Positions 59,175 to 64,000 of a stretch of 64,000 bases of DNA are shown here, in pieces (position 1 is the stretch's first letter; each line of letters starts with the position of its first letter). The notes beneath the pieces are model-generated. The model was not told the origin of the DNA, ran no database searches, and was given only the letters and a program-made list of their open reading frames with translations. Source of the stretch: Parachlamydiales bacterium (GTDB taxonomy: Bacteria > Chlamydiota > Chlamydiia > Chlamydiales > Rhabdochlamydiaceae); contig OY970065.1 of the NCBI GenBank assembly GCA_963705295.1, forward strand, positions 192,001 to 256,000, given 5' to 3'. The position numbers were made by a program, and so were the translations under genes.

Positions 59175-59888
59175 GTGGTTATGATTATCGGTTCACTCAA
59201 TGCATTTTCCATTGCGTACACGCAATCCGATTTTTTCGGTAAGCTGATCATTTTGTCGTTGATTGGATTATCGATGGTTTGTTGGATTGTGCTGCTGTAT
59301 AAAACATGGATTCTGAGAAAAGTCGCCAGGTTTTCTTTAGAATTCCAAAGCGTAATTGCGCAAAATAAAGACTCGCTTCTCTCCTTTGATCCTGGGGTTT
59401 CCCAAAAAATCAATCCTTTTGGGGCAATTTTTCAAACCTTGAAGCAGAAAACGATCGAGATTTTAAATAAGAACCATTATTTCACTAAAAAAAATGTTTA
59501 TCTCACTCCTGCCGACTTAGAACTCTTGGAATCTCATGTGACAACGACAATTTCTGCACAAAATAAAATGCTTGAAAAACACCTCTATCTTTTATCGACG
59601 ATTGTGACCTTGGCACCCTTTATGGGATTGCTCGGGACAGTGTGGGGTATTTTGGTCACTTTTTCGGGGCTTCATGAGGGGGGTACAGCGCTCAGTTCCA
59701 ATAGCTCCATCTTAGGAGGAATCTCAACGGCTTTGGCAACGACCGTTATGGGACTTGTGATCGCCATTCCAGCCTTGATTGCGTATAATTATTTGAGAAG
59801 CGCGCTGCGCACTTATACATCTGACATGGATGACTTTTTAACCCTGCTCCTTTCCAACATCGAACTGCAATATCGAAAAGTAGAATGA
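59175..59888 (+). CDS. tolQ: TolQ/ExbB proton-channel protein
   Basis: LAPFMGLLGTVWGI, ALATTVMGLVIAIPA. Confidence 0.88.
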   Translation: MVMIIGSLNAFSIAYTQSDFFGKLIILSLIGLSMVCWIVLLYKTWILRKVARFSLEFQSVIAQNKDSLLSFDPGVSQKINPFGAIFQTLKQKTIEILNKNHYFTKKNVYLTPADLELLESHVTTTISAQNKMLEKHLYLLSTIVTLAPFMGLLGTVWGILVTFSGLHEGGTALSSNSSILGGISTALATTVMGLVIAIPALIAYNYLRSALRTYTSDMDDFLTLLLSNIELQYRKVE

Positions 59889-60298
59889 AGAAAAGAAATT
59901 TTGATTCTCATTTTGAAGAAGCCACTATCAATCTGACCCCGCTGATTGATGTTGTTTTCGTTGTTCTCATTATTTTTATTATCATTGCTCCGATGCTAGA
60001 ACTCGATCGAGTCGAACTGGCTCAGGCAGCACCGATTGAAAATAAACAAGCGGCAGGCACTGAAAATGCCACCTTAGTCATCCATGTTCATCATGATAAT
60101 ACGATCTGGTTTAATCGAAGATCCGTTACACCGGAGCAGTTAACATCGCTTTTGAAAGAGGTTAAGAAAAGGGAGCCGCATCGCATCCCGCAACTCTTCC
60201 AAGACAAGCGGGCGTGTTTCGGAACGTATCAAAGTGTGAAAAATGCAGTGGAAGTTGCAGGTTTTGAACAACTCGATGTGATCCTAAAACCAAGTTGA
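59885..60298 (+). CDS. tolR: TolR/ExbD protein
   Basis: INLTPLIDVVFVVLIIFII. Confidence 0.88.
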   Translation: MKKRNFDSHFEEATINLTPLIDVVFVVLIIFIIIAPMLELDRVELAQAAPIENKQAAGTENATLVIHVHHDNTIWFNRRSVTPEQLTSLLKEVKKREPHRIPQLFQDKRACFGTYQSVKNAVEVAGFEQLDVILKPS

Positions 60299-60300
60299 GT

Positions 60301-60921
60301 ATGTTAAAGAAAATTATTCTCCTTGTTACAGCCCTTCATTTGACTCTATTGACACTCCTTTTATTTTCACCACCCAAGAAAATAACCCATAGAAATAAAC
60401 ATGTTGTGGTGCATATGGTTGCATCGAAACCTCCTCCAACTGTTGTTGTGAAAAAAGCCCCTGCTGCAGTTCCTGCCAAAAAGGTTGCACCGACGCGAAC
60501 CCCGGTGATTCAGAAAAAAACTGCCATTGTCGAAAAAGACAAACCGAAAAAGAAGGTTATAAAAGAGATTAACGAAGGCCTCGCCAAAATTGAGCATAAA
60601 GTATATTCTATGCCCCGATCGAAATTGGATGTTCCGCAGATCCAAAGTTCTCCGCCTGTTGAACCGTTTGAAACCGGTTGGAGTTCTCAGGAAGAAACTT
60701 TAATGTCTTTTCTGCATGCATCTCTGAATTTGCCCGAATTCGGAGAGGTTAAAATTCAACTGACGATCAAAAAAGATGGAAGTGTAAGTCAGATGGTTGT
60801 CTTGCAGGCTGAAAGTCAAAAAAATAAAGCTTACTTGCAAGAGTATCTTCCTCACTTGCAATTTCCTTTGATACTTGATAAAGAAAAAACCTTTATATTG
60901 ACATTTTGCAATGAAATTTAA
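60301..60921 (+). CDS. TolA-like protein
   Basis: N-terminal TM with His, Lys/Pro-rich linker, LP..GEV C-domain; lies between tolR and tolB. Confidence 0.65.
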   Translation: MLKKIILLVTALHLTLLTLLLFSPPKKITHRNKHVVVHMVASKPPPTVVVKKAPAAVPAKKVAPTRTPVIQKKTAIVEKDKPKKKVIKEINEGLAKIEHKVYSMPRSKLDVPQIQSSPPVEPFETGWSSQEETLMSFLHASLNLPEFGEVKIQLTIKKDGSVSQMVVLQAESQKNKAYLQEYLPHLQFPLILDKEKTFILTFCNEI

Positions 60922-62230
60922 ACTGATCCTTTTTTTCTTCTTTTTGACGGCTTTAAGAGCTGAAACGCCTGAAGAGATCCGTATTTATCTGAGTACGACA
61001 AGTCCATTAGAGCCATTGTATCTTGGAAAATTTCAATGCTCTGACAATTCGCTTACGGATGGATATTTATCACAACTTGAATCGGTTCTTCTCTTCGACC
61101 TTAATCACAACGGATCGACCAAAGTGGCACCTTTCAATGAACAGCGAGAAAAAATGACCTTACATGGTACCAACTGGAAAAACTCCGGTCTTCTCTACGT
61201 GATCCAAGGGAAAATTTTGGAGAAAAAATTATCGACCTTGATTTTCTCTGTCCAGTCGGGATCTTTAAAACAATTCCCAGAGATCGTTTTATCAGGAGAT
61301 CTTTCAAAAGACAGAAAACTCATCCATCGACTGGCTGATGGCATTTATAAAACTCTCTATGGTCGTGAAGGCGTTGCGAGCACACAAATTTTATATTCCT
61401 CGAAACAAAAAACTCAAAATAAATGGATCTCTGAAATTTGGGTTTGCGATTGGGATGGGGGTAACGACCAACAATTGACATCGGATGGAAGTTATTGTGT
61501 GAATCCTGTAGCCATACCTTCGTCACAAAAATATGGAAACGATTATTTTCTTTATGTTTCCTATAAAATGGGGCAGCCAAAAATATTTATTTCATCTAAA
61601 AAAGGGGGTGGCAAACGGTTGATCGACCTCAAAGGAAATCAACTGTTGCCCGCCATTTCACCACAAAGAGATAAAATTGCCTTTATTTGTGATGCCTCTG
61701 GAAGAACAGATCTGTTTCTTCAAGAGTTTCACCCTGATAAATCTTTTGCAAAAAAACCGGTTCAACTTTTTTCGTATCCTAGTTCGACCCAAGCTTCACC
61801 GACGTTTAGCCCAGATGGAACAAAACTGGCTTTTGTTTCTGATAAAGATGGGTCTCCGAGGATTTATTTGATTTCAGCAACTTTCACGTCCAAAAGACCC
61901 GAACCGACTTTAATATCGAAACAAAATCACGAAAATTCATGCCCTTCATGGTCTCCCGATGGAAAGAAATTAGCTTATAGTGCTAAAACAAAGGGAATAC
62001 GGCAAATTTGGATTTACGACTTTGAAACCAAAGAAGAATGGCAACTGACCGATGGTAAAGGAAATAAGGAAAATCCTTCTTGGGCACCCGATAGTAGAAA
62101 TCTCGTGTTCAATTCCACCGATGGTCAAATTTCAGATCTTTATATTGTGAATCTCAATCAAGGAGAAGCCATAAAGATTTCTGGAGGAGCCGGAATAAAA
62201 CATTATCCCTCTTGGTCTGGGGGACGTTAA
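60911..62230 (+). CDS. tolB: Tol-Pal beta-propeller protein TolB
   Basis: Signal peptide; PD40 repeats PTFSPDG, PSWSPDG, PSWAPD. Confidence 0.92.
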   Translation: MKFKLILFFFFLTALRAETPEEIRIYLSTTSPLEPLYLGKFQCSDNSLTDGYLSQLESVLLFDLNHNGSTKVAPFNEQREKMTLHGTNWKNSGLLYVIQGKILEKKLSTLIFSVQSGSLKQFPEIVLSGDLSKDRKLIHRLADGIYKTLYGREGVASTQILYSSKQKTQNKWISEIWVCDWDGGNDQQLTSDGSYCVNPVAIPSSQKYGNDYFLYVSYKMGQPKIFISSKKGGGKRLIDLKGNQLLPAISPQRDKIAFICDASGRTDLFLQEFHPDKSFAKKPVQLFSYPSSTQASPTFSPDGTKLAFVSDKDGSPRIYLISATFTSKRPEPTLISKQNHENSCPSWSPDGKKLAYSAKTKGIRQIWIYDFETKEEWQLTDGKGNKENPSWAPDSRNLVFNSTDGQISDLYIVNLNQGEAIKISGGAGIKHYPSWSGGR

Positions 62231-62244
62231 AAAAAGGAAAGTAT

Positions 62245-62907
62245 ATGAAAAGAGTGAACATCGTCCGTATTTCTCTGTGGAGCCTCTCTGCACTGCTTGT
62301 TTGCGGATGTCAATCAAAATCAGGCAATATTTGGGATGATAATCAAACGGGGGCCAAATACAAATATGGCGATAATTCCTCCTCTCTTTGGGAGAACAAA
62401 GAAGGAGAAGAGGTTTCGGGTCCCATTGAAGAAGATTTCGTTCCTCTCAATGATGAAGACCTAAAAATGCAATTTGCAGAAGCTGGCATTGCACAGCCGA
62501 GCCATGAATTAGGAGAAGGTGGAGTCCCTGGAGCAGATCAATTCGAAACCCCAACGGGCGAGCTTGCGACCGTTTTCCATCCCGTCTTCTTTAATACAGA
62601 TCAACATACGCTCAGCAATAAAGATTATATCCAAGGTGTCCGCAAAATGGCTGCCTATCTTAAAGCACATCCAAAAACATTTGTCATCGTCGAAGGACAT
62701 TGCGATGAAAGAGGACCTGAAGCTTATAATCAATCCCTCGGATCCAGAAGAGCTAACTACGTCCGTTCTCTCCTTGTCAAAGAAGGGGCAAGTCCCGACC
62801 AATTGCATACAATCTCGTATGGGAAAGAAAGGCCTTTTGATCAAGGTCATGGACCGGATGCTTGGTCTCAAAATAGACGAGCACACTTTAGGGTAACGAC
62901 GAAGTGA
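62245..62907 (+). CDS. pal: Peptidoglycan-associated lipoprotein Pal (OmpA-like domain)
   Basis: Lipobox VCGC; EGHCDERG..YN..LG.RRA, SYGKERP, NRR. Confidence 0.92.
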   Translation: MKRVNIVRISLWSLSALLVCGCQSKSGNIWDDNQTGAKYKYGDNSSSLWENKEGEEVSGPIEEDFVPLNDEDLKMQFAEAGIAQPSHELGEGGVPGADQFETPTGELATVFHPVFFNTDQHTLSNKDYIQGVRKMAAYLKAHPKTFVIVEGHCDERGPEAYNQSLGSRRANYVRSLLVKEGASPDQLHTISYGKERPFDQGHGPDAWSQNRRAHFRVTTK

Positions 62908-63431
62908 GAATAAAATTAAAGTATCTTCTATGCACCCTCATCCTAGGAGGGTGCACTTCATCGATGACGGCTGGAATGCAACATGATCATTTTTTTGAGG
63001 AAGTTAAAACAGAAATAGCTGATCTGCGGCATGCCTTGCATGCCACCGATGTCGAAGTGAAACTCTTAGAAGAGAAATTAGAAAAAAGAGACACCACTTC
63101 TCTGCAGCAAAAAATCGGATTCTTGGAAAAAACCATCGAAAAGATGCATGTCGATCTTCGATCGCTGATGGCTTATGCAAGCCAGACCACAGCCTCCCTT
63201 TCCCAATATCGAGACCATATTGCAGAGATTGACAAAAGACTCGAAGAAATTGTTAAACTCCGTCTCGCCTTGAATCAAGTATCGGCTGAAACCTACCAGG
63301 TCAAGCCAGGTGATTCTCTAGAAAAAATTGCCCGGAAATTTCAAGTCTCAACTGAAGCCCTTAAACGAGAAAATCGTCTGAGTTCCGACAAAATTATCGT
63401 CGGCCAAGAACTCGCGATTCCAGCTCATTGA
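62904..63431 (+). CDS. Coiled-coil plus LysM lipoprotein
   Basis: Lipobox LGGC; coiled coil; YQVKPGDSLEKIARKF...I.VGQEL.IP. Confidence 0.85.
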   Translation: MRIKLKYLLCTLILGGCTSSMTAGMQHDHFFEEVKTEIADLRHALHATDVEVKLLEEKLEKRDTTSLQQKIGFLEKTIEKMHVDLRSLMAYASQTTASLSQYRDHIAEIDKRLEEIVKLRLALNQVSAETYQVKPGDSLEKIARKFQVSTEALKRENRLSSDKIIVGQELAIPAH

Positions 63432-64000
63432 TGAATAGATATATTGGAATTTTCGACTCAGGGTTCGGTGGTCTGACTGTCATGAAGGCCATCCGCAACC
63501 TTCTTCCCCATGAAAATATTTTATATTTTGGAGATACCGCAAGACTCCCTTATGGCACTAAGAGTCGGGAAACCATTCTGAATTATGCCATGGAAAATGC
63601 CGCTTTTCTCGTAGAACAAGGCGTGAAAGTTTTGGTCGTTGCCTGTAACACAGCGTGTTGTTTTGCTCTCGAGGATCTCCAGAAAAAGTTCGACGTCCCC
63701 GTGATAGGAGTGACAACACCCACGATTGCAAAAGTTGCCAGCTCATCGCGCGGATCGATTGCCATTTTAGGTACCCGTGGAACGATTCTCTCAGAAACGT
63801 ATCAAACCGGTATTTTGCAGAGACTTCCCTTAGCAAAAATCATCTCTATACCTTGCCAACTCCTTGTTCCTCTTGTTGAAGAAGGTTATATCGATCATCT
63901 CATCACCCAAATGGCTATAGAGGAATATCTTGAACCTTTGAAATACTCTGAAATTGATACCCTTATTCTCGGCTGCACCCATTTTCCACTCCTGCAGCAT
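63431..64000 (+). CDS. murI: Glutamate racemase (3'-truncated; not in ORF track)
   Basis: Hand translation MNRYIGIFDSGFGGLTV..YFGDTARLPYG..VACNTA..ILGCTHFP; frame open to the window end. Confidence 0.93.
   Translation, partial: MNRYIGIFDSGFGGLTVMKAIRNLLPHENILYFGDTARLPYGTKSRETILNYAMENAAFLVEQGVKVLVVACNTACCFALEDLQKKFDVPVIGVTTPTIAKVASSSRGSIAILGTRGTILSETYQTGILQRLPLAKIISIPCQLLVPLVEEGYIDHLITQMAIEEYLEPLKYSEIDTLILGCTHFPLLQH

Noticed and set aside
520..63879. The many 60-200 aa ORFs overlapping recognised genes (for example 18990-19595 and 36704-37186)
   Set aside because: Antisense or alternate-frame shadows of well-supported genes, with no motifs.

Overview
Chromosomal segment of an environmental chlamydia (phylum Chlamydiota). 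The assignment rests on euo, two nucleotide transporters (NTT), a DUF2709-like gene and chlamydial gene order (secDF-recJ-euo, pgsA-sohB-polA-coaE-rho, dnaB/mnmG/lplA, sdhCAB-tatD-tol/pal). Most of the window is core housekeeping genes plus tRNA-Ser(GCT). Small accessory patches interrupt it: an array of four paralogues with an unrecognised domain (8.8-11.8 kb), LRR-ankyrin and ankyrin-TPR proteins, and three Inc-like coiled-coil genes. It also holds a P3A-type H+-ATPase and a Delta24-sterol-reductase-like gene. Signals the ORF track misses or does not explain: (1) a full-length LAGLIDADG intein in DnaB; (2) local GC-skew inversions, C-rich on the left and G-rich on the right, centred on the intein and on several accessory patches; (3) long palindromic elements with AAC...GTT ends, including two ~160 bp copies whose terminal arms have co-varied, one of which supplies the stop codon of the H+-ATPase; (4) two unannotated small ORFs (a bS22-like ribosomal protein and a putative lipoprotein) and a partial murI; (5) repeated -10 boxes 6-7 nt before start codons, suggesting leaderless mRNAs. 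All calls come from motif recognition and hand counts; no database search was run.
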